Shown here one piece after another: positions 1 to 10,100 of a DNA stretch of 64,000 nucleotides (positions are counted from its first letter, which is position 1; every line of letters starts with the position of its first letter). The stretch comes from an uncultured Methanosarcinales archaeon. Its GTDB lineage: Archaea > Nanobdellota > Nanobdellia > Woesearchaeales > CAYMBN01. A model generated the notes under the pieces. That model did not search any database, had not been told where the DNA came from, and saw nothing but the letters and a program-made list of their open reading frames with translations. Where the stretch lies: contig CAYMBN010000002.1 in the NCBI GenBank assembly GCA_964388715.1, positions 80,704 through 144,703 of the forward strand, written 5' to 3'. Made by a program: the position numbers and the translations under genes.

Positions 1-1986
1 GTCAATATCAATGTTAGGATTGTCTGGTTCGTGTATAATTGTTGGTGCAACTGCGCAAGTGCTTGATGTGTCATAGAAGTAAACACTTGCATTGGTTGGT
101 TCTGTTGTAATCCACATTAATAAACTTGAATTTGTTGTTACATCTTTTGTATGGTGTTTTATTCTTGGTGGTTGTGTGTCTGAAGCTGGATTGTAAACAC
201 CTGAACATGAAGGCCATAATCTACAATCTTCATCATTGCAATCAACTTTGCTATCATAATCTTCGTCAACATTGTCAAAGCAGTTTGTTTCTATTTTGAA
301 GAAATCATACTGTACATCATATTGTGAGTCACATGATTCTGGGTATAGGTTACAATCAATAGGTGTGAAGTTATAATAACCTGAACTGTTTTCTGTTCCG
401 TCTGTACTGTAATTAAATGATGAGAAATTAGTGTAACAGAATGAATAGTTTGAATCCCATGCGCAAGGTTCTATGCTTAAATTACATGAAATTAATGTTA
501 AACATTCACCACAATGATCATCACAGTCCATTGAATCCCAGTCAGGGTTACAATATTGTGTATCATTGTTCCATACACAACTTGCATTTAAACATCCTGT
601 TTCATTTCCATCTTGTGATGGGCAATTTGAATAATTACCTGAAGCATTTCCAATTGCTACAAGTGAGGATGAAGACCATGAACTATATAATTGACTATCA
701 TAACCTCTAGCAGTACAGTTCCATGTTGAATCATATGTGACAATGCCTGGGTTAACTGTTTTGTTTGTGTAACATACTGTGTTATTGTCGCATGGAACTG
801 TTGTTGTCCAGAAATTCTTGAGTATACTGTTTTTGTACCATCTGAATGTTACATTTATTGTTAATGAAGTATCGTCAGTTACATTTGTTGAACAGTTTAA
901 TGTAGTGTTTGCACTTGGTGATGCAGGAATTATCTGTGGTGTTGTTAATGTTGGTGCAGTGTTTGCAGCTGGTATATTGAATTTGTGTGTTGTTGCTAAT
1001 GAATTTATGTTGCCTGAGGTATCATTACATTTGTAATATAATGTATAATTATTTTCATTGGATAAACCTGAGTAATTGAACCAATGTGCTGTTGTACCTG
1101 TTGTTGTGAATGGTGTTGCTTGTGTTGCATAGTTAAATGTTTCATTTGTTAGATTATATCTACAGTTTGCATTTGCTGTTGTTGTGATGTTAATCCATGT
1201 CCAGGTTGTGCCAGCAGCAACTTGTGAGTTGTTTGTTGGGCTTACTATTGAGATTAGTGCTCCTGTTACTGTTAAATTAGCTGTTTTTGATGCATTAAAG
1301 CCTAGGTAACTTGCATTGACACTTATAGCATATGTTGATGATGATATTGGTGCTGTGAGTGAAAGGTTGTATTCTCCGTATGAATCTGTTAACCATAGTG
1401 TTTGTTGTGATGTATTTTGTTCTTTTGTGTAGAATATTTTTGTGATTAATCCTGATTTAAAGTTGTAGGTTGTGCTAACTAAGTTGTTGTCTGAATCTGT
1501 TACATTTACTGTTACATTCCATTGGCCATACTTTGTTACTTTGTATGAATTTGATTCCCAGTATGAGCCTTGGTTTGTACCTTGGGTATTGTTTAATACA
1601 TATGTTCCGTTTGGTGCTATTATTGTGAAGTTAACTTGGGAAATGTCATTATCAGTATCTGTTACTGTTGCTCTTATTGTGATTGTTTGGTTGAATGCAA
1701 CTGGTCTTGGATTACTGTACTTATCTGTTATACTTGGTGATTGGTTTGCTGATAGTGTGTAAATATATCCTGTGTTAATTACATATAAGCTTGAGTTTAC
1801 TGCTGGACTAAATGATCCTAGTGTTGAATGTATTCTTGCTGAGTATGATGTTGAGGATGGTGTGTCTGCTATATGTCCTATTATAATGTTATCTACTGTG
1901 TAATTTGATGATGATGCATTAAATGCTAATGATAGAGGTATAAGTAGGAAAATCATTACTATCATGCTTAGTAATTTATTTTTCAT
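1..1986 (-). CDS. Secreted, heavily N-glycosylated cysteine-rich surface protein. This is the 5' part only; the gene continues beyond the window start.
   Basis: Read on the minus strand from ATG at 1986..1984, the frame stays open to position 1. The N-terminus (MKNKLLSMIVMIFLLIPLSLA) is a signal peptide. The protein is dense in N-x-S/T sequons and has a Cys-rich module near the window edge. The ORF track omits it, probably because it has no in-window stop. The plus-strand ORFs at 441..1762 are antisense shadows of it. Confidence 0.55.
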   Translation of the reverse strand, partial: MKNKLLSMIVMIFLLIPLSLAFNASSSNYTVDNIIIGHIADTPSSTSYSARIHSTLGSFSPAVNSSLYVINTGYIYTLSANQSPSITDKYSNPRPVAFNQTITIRATVTDTDNDISQVNFTIIAPNGTYVLNNTQGTNQGSYWESNSYKVTKYGQWNVTVNVTDSDNNLVSTTYNFKSGLITKIFYTKEQNTSQQTLWLTDSYGEYNLSLTAPISSSTYAISVNASYLGFNASKTANLTVTGALISIVSPTNNSQVAAGTTWTWINITTTANANCRYNLTNETFNYATQATPFTTTGTTAHWFNYSGLSNENNYTLYYKCNDTSGNINSLATTHKFNIPAANTAPTLTTPQIIPASPSANTTLNCSTNVTDDTSLTINVTFRWYKNSILKNFWTTTVPCDNNTVCYTNKTVNPGIVTYDSTWNCTARGYDSQLYSSWSSSSLVAIGNASGNYSNCPSQDGNETGCLNASCVWNNDTQYCNPDWDSMDCDDHCGECLTLISCNLSIEPCAWDSNYSFCYTNFSSFNYSTDGTENSSGYYNFTPIDCNLYPESCDSQYDVQYDFFKIETNCFDNVDEDYDSKVDCNDEDCRLWPSCSGVYNPASDTQPPRIKHHTKDVTTNSSLLMWITTEPTNASVYFYDTSSTCAVAPTIIHEPDNPNIDID

Positions 1987-2453
1987 TTAATACCTCTTAG
2001 CATTTTTTTGTTTTTTATTTTGTAGAAGACAAATTTACCTTGTCTTCTAGATTCGATGATGTTTGCGTTTTCTAGCACTTTAAGGTTAAGAGAAATAGTA
2101 GGCTGGGCTTTGCCTACGATAGAAACTAGTTTTGTTGCAGCTTTTTCTCCTTTTAGAAGGGAAAGAACGATTTTTAGTCTTGTTTCATCTGCGAGTGCTT
2201 TTAAAACTTTAACATCTTGGATGAGTGTAATTATGTTTTTATCTTTTATTTTGTAGAAAATGAACTTGCCTGATCTTCTTGATGTGATGATGTTTGCGTT
2301 TTCGAGAACTTTGAGATTGAGAGAGATTGTTGGTTGTGCTTTTTTGATGATTGGAACTAATTCAGTTGCAGCGTGTTCTTTTTTTAGGAGGGATAGAACT
2401 ATCTTTAATCTAGTATTATCTGCTAGTGCCTTTAATGTTTTTACCAGCTGCAA
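1983..2453 (-). CDS. Tandem-duplicated ArsR/SmtB-family winged-helix transcription regulator (two HTH domains in one 156-aa chain)
   Basis: Two about 75-aa repeats each match the ArsR HTH pattern (LKALADETRLKIVLSLL...ELV...AQPTISLNLKVLENANII.SRR.GKF.FYKI). Its stop overlaps the start of the downstream surface-protein gene as ATGA at 1983-1986. Confidence 0.6.
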   Translation of the reverse strand: MQLVKTLKALADNTRLKIVLSLLKKEHAATELVPIIKKAQPTISLNLKVLENANIITSRRSGKFIFYKIKDKNIITLIQDVKVLKALADETRLKIVLSLLKGEKAATKLVSIVGKAQPTISLNLKVLENANIIESRRQGKFVFYKIKNKKMLRGIK

Positions 2454-2537
2454 CTTTTTAGCCCATTATATTTATATACTTAAATATTTAAATATATAAA
2501 TATATAGCTTTATATATAAATTTAACTGTTTTTTTGT

Positions 2538-2668
2538 GGTTTGTCCCAAATCTCGTTCACTCAGCCAAAAATTCTATTAAAAGCAAGATATTGGCTGACG
2601 GTGCAGTCTAACGAATAGTATCCTAGCTCACTTGCCATTTGGCGACTTGGGACAAACCCATTTTTTTT
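2538..2668 (+). ncRNA. Candidate small structured RNA gene of about 120 nt. It is GC-rich, closed by a 12-bp terminal helix and followed by a T8 run.
   Basis: ggtttgtcccaa (2538-2549) pairs perfectly with ttgggacaaacc (2647-2658). An internal 8-bp hairpin is formed by tcagccaa (2561-2568) and ttggctga (2591-2598). A TATA-like tttatatat lies about 25 nt upstream (2508-2517), and tttttttt (2661-2668) follows. The element is about 45% GC against about 25% GC for the surrounding intergenic DNA. Confidence 0.4.
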
Positions 2669-2676
2669 GTAGAGAA

Positions 2677-4146
2677 TTAGCTACAAATCTCTTCTTTTGG
2701 ATGATCTTTGCAGATTATTTGTTTGATTTGGTTGATTTGTCGTTGTTGTTCTATAATATAAATATGTGCTTCTTCTACTTTTTCCATAAGTAATTCATCA
2801 ATACTTCCAATTTCATATGGGCTTGCTAATTTTGCTCCTGGAAATCTTGCAAGATGTCTGTTTTCTTTTAAATATGGTTCTAGTTCTTCTAATGGTACTC
2901 TGTAATAATCTTTTGCATTTATTTTATCTTCTTCTTTTACTTTACCATCAAAAAATATATCAAATACAAAATCTAATTCAGTTACTCCGTCTTTGTAAAT
3001 TGAACCTGTTGCATTTATATCACCATCAACAGTTAATTTGTTTACAGGATTATCTGTTCCAATGCCAACTCTTTGGTTTGTATCGTTAGCAACAAACCAT
3101 CTTGCACCTTGTGTGAATAAAGGTTTAGATTCATTTCTCATTTCTTGTGATCCATTAATTAAACTAAATGAACCATATCCTTCAATGTTTTCATTATCAT
3201 CAATGTGTATGTATCTATAGTTTGGTGCGCTAGGATGATGTGCTCTTCCTGCACGGTAATCTCTTAGGATTTCTTCTTCTGTTAGGTCTCTGTTGTGTAT
3301 AAGTAAAACTTCGTCAATAGTTACATTGTTATTATTACCATTACTATCTTCACCAAATGTGATTGAACCTCCAAAATTAGTTGCATTATTTGTCCAAGTG
3401 TCGTTAACTGCAAATTTAAGGATACCATCACAGTACATTCTAAGACTTCCTGTTTCTGTTCCGACATCAGCGACATCCCAAATAACAGCAATGTGGTGCC
3501 ATCTTTTTTTTTGGTCTGTACAATGTAAATTCTGTCTTAAATAACCCATAAAATATAAATTCATGTTTCCAGCAGTGTTGTAATTATAAATCATAATTCC
3601 ATTGTTTGCATCCTGAATTTCAAACCATTCTTGTGCATTTTTTCCACCATAATGTTGAGCCCATAACATTAATGTTCCTTTTGATCTGTTAAAGCCACTT
3701 GGTGTAGTGTACATTGTTTCTGTTGTTATTGATGCGTTCATAGCACCACCAAATTTACCATTAGTGATAAAAGTAGTATTGTGGAATGTTGGTTCACCTA
3801 GGCCATAACAGTCAGTTGTTCCGTCAAAATGACACAAAAACATTAATTCACCTTCTTCAACATATGCTGGACTTTTGCCTGATTTGTTTGCAAAGTAACC
3901 ATATCTGGAGTCAAATCCATCGTTAGTGGTTATTGTGCCATTTACATCTAATTTATTGTTAGGTGATGTTGTTGAGATTCCAATCCTAGCATTGGTTTCA
4001 TCAATAAATAATCTGTCAGTGCCAAAGCTTAGGTTTGTGTTAGTAAGTTTGAGATAGTTTGTTGCTGAAGAAACTGAGATTGCTAAAGCTATTGCTATAG
4101 CTAGAAGAGATAGTGTAATTATGATTTTTTTTGGTTTGTTTTTCAT
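2677..4146 (-). CDS. Secreted LamG (concanavalin A-like lectin) domain protein with fibre-like VGIGT..P.NKL.V.G motifs and a C-terminal coiled-coil
   Basis: It has an N-terminal signal or TM segment. The LamG signature is present (WHHIAVIWD...LRMYCDG...ITFGED...VTIDEVLLIHNRDLTEEEI). It lies 4 nt downstream of the 2924-aa gene. Confidence 0.6.
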   Translation of the reverse strand: MKNKPKKIIITLSLLAIAIALAISVSSATNYLKLTNTNLSFGTDRLFIDETNARIGISTTSPNNKLDVNGTITTNDGFDSRYGYFANKSGKSPAYVEEGELMFLCHFDGTTDCYGLGEPTFHNTTFITNGKFGGAMNASITTETMYTTPSGFNRSKGTLMLWAQHYGGKNAQEWFEIQDANNGIMIYNYNTAGNMNLYFMGYLRQNLHCTDQKKRWHHIAVIWDVADVGTETGSLRMYCDGILKFAVNDTWTNNATNFGGSITFGEDSNGNNNNVTIDEVLLIHNRDLTEEEILRDYRAGRAHHPSAPNYRYIHIDDNENIEGYGSFSLINGSQEMRNESKPLFTQGARWFVANDTNQRVGIGTDNPVNKLTVDGDINATGSIYKDGVTELDFVFDIFFDGKVKEEDKINAKDYYRVPLEELEPYLKENRHLARFPGAKLASPYEIGSIDELLMEKVEEAHIYIIEQQRQINQIKQIICKDHPKEEICS

Positions 4147-4150
4147 GGTA

Positions 4151-7100
4151 TCACCTTAATCCTATTAAAACGTTTATTTTACATTCTGATTTGTAACAAG
4201 GTTGCATTGCTTTACCTAGTATTGCACCAAAATCGTTTATTGATGCTTTTTCTGCATAACCTTTTTTAGAGCTTGTTGTGAGTAATTCAAAGGATTTTAT
4301 TGGTCCTTTTACTTTTGTTTTTACAATACCAACAATACCTACTGCATATTTTCCGTTTTGGCTGTTACCAATTATTGTTGGTTTTTCTGAAACAACACCT
4401 GCAACAGCTGGGTTTGCTTTTGAATCACATTTTTTAACTTTGTAATCTGTTGTTAAGCAAACAACATCTCCTGGTTGTAGTTTTTCATCTGAGTCAAACA
4501 TTTCTGCAAAGTCTGCGCCTGATGATGTTATGTTTCCACCGATGAAGAGGTTTTCTGTTATGTTTGTGGTTCCGACAACATGTAATTCTTGATTTGGTGT
4601 TGCTGTTCCAATACCAACTTTATTTTCTGAAACATCAACAAACAAATCTGTACTGTCAACTTCTAAATCTGCACTTAATTGTAACTTATCCCATATCTCA
4701 ACTTGTCCATTTCCTCCTTCAATTGCATCTAAACTAATATTTGTTGTTGAACCTAAAATATATTTGCCAAAGTTGTTGTATATGGTTAGATTTTCATTAT
4801 TGACACTCCAATTAATGCTATTAACACTAGTTATCTGATTCCATCCCATATCCAAATGACCTGACATAGTGTCTCCTGATTCGTTTACGTAAAGGTCTGT
4901 TGCTGTTATTCCTGATAATTGTGAGCCATCTCCTATGAAATAAGTAGCACTTACATTATTTGTTACATTAACATTTTTAGCAACACTTAAATCACCGCTT
5001 GTCATGATACCTCTGTCACCAACAACAATACTATCTCCTGCGTAAATATTATGTCCTACAATCATGTTTTCTTTGACATTAATTGATGAAGCTTCTAAAC
5101 TACCTGTTGATAATGTAGGTGTTCTTATACCATCAAGTTCTGTTATTGTTAACATGTCATCATCAAGACTAGTAGTGTAGATATATTTTCCGTCAACAAA
5201 TAACCCTCTTACACTGTCAAAGAAATTTGCATCTTTTTTTCTAAGGACTTGTGTTGGGTTTGTTTTATTTGAAACATCAATTATATAAAATTCATCGTCA
5301 GACAAGTCTGTTAAATAAGCATAATCACCTTGTACTGTAATATCTGAATATTGTGCACCAGTAGCTACATCGTCATAAGTACCTACAATGTTTGGATTTG
5401 TAGGATTGCTTATATTAACAATACTCATTACACCGCCTGCTAAACAAGCTACATAAGCATAACTACCTGAAACATATACATCATAAGCACTTGGTAAGTG
5501 TGTTGAGTTTACTAAACTACCTACTATGACTGGTGAAGATGGTATTGAAACATCTATTACAAAGAATTCATGATCATCATCTGCAACAGTGTAAACATAC
5601 TTGCCTTGTGCATATACTCCGCCAACATTGTCTTCAGAGAGAGTAGATAAGAATAATATGTTGTTAGGATCTGAAATGTCATAAATATTAATTGTATTTC
5701 CAGCACCGGTTGAAAGATAAGCATATTTTCCTTGTACAAATACTTCATTTGCTCCATTAACAACTACTGTACTAATATATGAAATATTAATTGGGTTGGA
5801 AACATCAAATATTGAAAATCTGTCTGCAGTATATCCTGCAACATAAGCATATTTTCCTAAAATAAATATTCCTCTTGCATCATCAAGTAATGTAGCATTT
5901 TCATAAGTGCTTACAATTATAGGTCTTTTTTTATCAGAAATATCTATTATTGAGAAACTGTTATTGGTTGATGCAGTTACATAAGCATATTGTCCTTGTA
6001 CATAAACTTCTTTTAAACCATCAAGGACTTGTCCAGATATACTACTTATTACATTAGCACCACTTGCATTAGTTCTAAGACTTCCACTTAGATTGAATTC
6101 TCCTGTTAGGATGTCACCTGAGGAGTTTACCCAGACATCTGTTACTGATGCTGTTATTCCTGTTAATTGTGAACCGTTTCCGTAATATAATCCTGTTACG
6201 TTAAGGTCATCAGTAAGCTGAACTGTACCGCTAGTAGTAGTTAATTCTAAGTCACCAGAACTACTCTCTATAACACCTTTTGTGAACATATCACTATAAT
6301 ACATATTGATATTACCAGCAGCACCACCAGCGACTTTAAAACTATTCATACTTCCGTTCACTAATAAACTACCTACAGATAATGTGTCAGTGGCTTCATC
6401 CCAAGTAAAGTTGGCATCTGCACCCATGCTTGATACATCATTGTATTGAACTTGTGAATCAGAACCTCCTGGTGTTGCTATTACATCTGTTAATTGTGAG
6501 CCGTTTCCGTAGATTAAGTCAGTAAAGTTGATGTCTCCTTGGACTTTTAGTGTGTTTGTTGGAGTGGTTGTGTTGATGCCAACGCTTCCATTATTGTTAG
6601 TGTAAACATCATCTCTTGAAACCCATGAACCGCCAATTTCTTGATGATCATTGATACCCATTTGGTATAATGTTTTGATTTCTGTTAGTGATAAGGTTCT
6701 GTTGTAGATTCTTACTTCATCTATTGTTCCGTTGAAAAAGTGATTTGCTCCATCATTTTTACTTCCAATAGCAATAGAACCAGTTAGATTAGGTGCATCA
6801 TAAGTTTTAGCAGTGCCTAACTGAATACCATCTACATATGCCAAACCTTTTGTTGCATTAAAAGCATATACAATATGGTGCCATACATTGTTGCTAGGAG
6901 AACTTCCAAATTGTTGCCAGCTTCCGTCATAAAAAGCCAAGTCATTTGATTGATTATAATTTAAAGCTAATCTGTTGGTTTGTGAATCAAACAGCATATC
7001 ACCACTACCAGTACCACCATGATATTTTACCCAAAATGAGAAGGTATAAAGTCCACCTGTGGCAGTAAAACCTGTTAAATCAATAGAATCATTCTCACCA

Positions 7101-10100
7101 TCAAAATCTAATGCTTTTCCTACTTGACCATCAATCCAATCACTTTCATGTAAGTGGTTTAAGGTTCCATCATTACTATTTCCTGACCAATCTTTTGTTA
7201 ATGATTGGTTACCACTATCTGCATCTTCAAAAGGCATATATAATAATAGACCTTGAGTTGAAACACCTTTGATTGAAGTTGAGTTTAAAATGTAGTTGTC
7301 TCCCATAGTAAGATTACCTGTCATTGTGTCTCCTGAAGTGTTTACCCAGACGTCTGTTACTGTTGCTGTTATTCCTGTTAATTGTGAGCCATTACCATAA
7401 TATAATCCAGTTACATTAAGGTCATCAGTAAGCTGAACTGTACCGCTAGTAGTAGTTAATTCTAAGTCACCAGAACTACTCTCTATAACACCTTTTGTGA
7501 ACATATCACTATAATACATATTGATATTACCAGCAGCACCACCAGCGACTTTAAAACTATTCATACTTCCGTTCACTAATAAACTACCTACAGATAATGT
7601 GTCAGTGGCTTCATCCCAAGTAAAGTTGGCATCTGCACCCATGCTTGATACATCATTGTATTGAACTTGTGAATCAGAACCTCCTGGTGTTGCTATTACA
7701 TCTGTTAATTGTGAGCCGTTTCCGTAGATTAAGTCAGTAAAGTTGATGTCTCCTTGGACTTTTAGTGTGTTTGTTGGAGTGGTTGTGTTGATGCCAACGC
7801 TTCCATTATTGTTAGTGTAAACATCATCTCTTGAAACCCATGAACCGCCAATTTCTTGATGATCATTGATACCCATTTGGTATAATGTTTTGATTTCTGT
7901 TAGTGATAAGGTTCTGTTGTAGATTCTTACTTCATCTATTGTTCCGTTGAAAAAGTGATTTGCTCCATCATTTTTACTTCCAATAGCAATAGAACCAGTT
8001 AGATTAGGTGCATCATAAGTTTTAGCAGTGCCTAACTGAATACCATCTACATATGCCAAACCTTTTGTTGCATTAAAAGCATATACAATATGGTGCCATA
8101 CATTGTTGCTAGGAGAACTTCCAAATTGTTGCCAGCTTCCGTCATAAAAAGCCAAGTCATTTGATTGATTATAATTTAAAGCTAATCTGTTGGTTTGTGA
8201 ATCAAACAGCATATCACCACTACCAGTACCACCATGATATTTTACCCAAAATGAGAAGGTATAAAGTCCACCTGTGGCAGTAAAACCTGTTAAATCAATA
8301 GAATCATTCTCACCATCAAAATCTAATGCTTTTCCTACTTGACCATCAATCCAATCACTTTCATGTAAGTGGTTTAAGGTTCCATCATTACTATTTCCTG
8401 ACCAATCTTTTGTTAATGATTGGTTACCACTATCTGCATCTTCAAAAGGCATATATAATAATAGACCTTGAGTTGAAACACCTTTGATTGAAGTTGAGTT
8501 TAAAATGTAGTTGTCTCCCATAGTAAGATTACCTGTCATTGTGTCTCCTGAAGTGTTTACCCAGACGTCTGTTACTGTTGCTGTTATTCCTGTTAATTGT
8601 GAGCCATTACCATAATATAATCCAGTTACATTAAGGTCATCAGCTACTTTTACTAATGTGGTTGAAGAACTTAATTCTAAGTCAGCTGAACTTTGGATAA
8701 CGCTTTTTGATTGACTATTACTATGGTACATGTTTAGTTTTCCACCTGCTGGGTCTGCTAGATTAAAACCATTCATACTGTCATTGATCAATATTGATCC
8801 ACCTATTTTTAATTCATCTGTTGAAGCATTGAATGTGAAGTTTGCGTCTGCATTCATGCTTGCACCGCCACTGAATTGTACTTGTGAGACAGAACCTGAA
8901 GGAGATGCTGATGCTGCTTCACATGCTAGGTTACCTGCATTGATGTATAATCTGTTACCAGAAGTACATGATGTGTCAAAGCTGATATCTTTTTCTTCGA
9001 TAGAATCGTTGCTTAGTTTGATTACTGTTGTTACGTTTAGACTACTAACTTTTAATTCATCTGTTGTGCTGTTGAATGTGAAGTTTGCATCTGAGCTGAA
9101 TGAACTTGCATCATCTGCAAATTGTATATATGCTTCATTACCACTTGCTGATGTTGTAGTTGGTGTTGATATACAACTCCATGCACCATTGTTGTGTTCT
9201 AAGATTTCATTACTACCACAAGCTCTTATTCTAAAGGTTGTAGTGTTTAGGATTAAACCTGAGCCATTGTCATAAGTAGTACCTACATTTGTTAGTTGAG
9301 ATCCGTTGCCAATGAAATATTTTGCAGTAACATTACCAGTTACATTAATATTTGATTTAGCAGCACTTTCATTTGTACCAATATTTAAATCACCAAATAC
9401 TGTTAATGATTGGTTCTCATCAATGTAAATTCTTTTTAGATTTTCATCATGATTAATGTGTTCTGTGTCTGCAATATATTCTTGGTAGATTTCTTGGGCA
9501 GAGAGTGTTCTGTTCCAAAGAACTAAGTCATCAATTGTGCCGTTGAAGAATGTGCCATGACCACTACTTCTGTCAAACTTTCCTATAAAATTAGTGTAAA
9601 CTGGTCCGCCACCGTCTAAATCAGCAAACCAACGTCCTGAATTAGAACCTTGTTCAGCAGTGAGTGATTGGTTCACTCCATTAATATAATATGAATAATC
9701 ACTTCCATCAGAAACAAATGCTACATGATACCATGTATCACCAGTAACTGTTCCAACAGAGTTTAATCTATCTGTAGCAGCACTGCTTCTATGGTTTGTT
9801 TCTAATTTACCATTTGATAAAACTGATATAGTAAAATAATCATCAGATGCACCTAAATTTGTGTATGTTAATATGGCTCCTCCTAGATCAGTTGAAGATG
9901 TTTTTATCCAGGCTGTAATAGTACCTGCTGTTGCTGATTTGAAAATGTCTGTATTGAATTTAATATAATCATCTTTACCGTCAAAATTAAGTCCTCCTGT
10001 TGAAAACTTGCCGCTTGTTGAGGAATGTACACTATCTAAAGTAGTTCCATTATCATAGAATGTTCCATTATGACCTGAACCAGAATAATCATAAACAGTG

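Noticed and set aside
441-1762. Plus-strand ORFs 441..710, 779..1036 and 1472..1762
   Set aside because: These are antisense shadows of the long minus-strand surface-protein reading frame. Their products are low-complexity and hydrophobic or Cys-poor, with no start context.
2056-2499. Plus-strand ORFs 2056..2256 and 2260..2499
   Set aside because: These are antisense to the tandem ArsR-like gene. The two ORFs merely mirror its internal duplication.
2538-2660. Whether the GC-rich 121-nt element is a tRNA or a 5S rRNA
   Set aside because: There is no T-arm (GTTCRAAT) and no 7-bp acceptor or anticodon arm. The conserved 5S loop C and E motifs (CCGAAC etc.) are absent. It is retained only as an unknown structured RNA.
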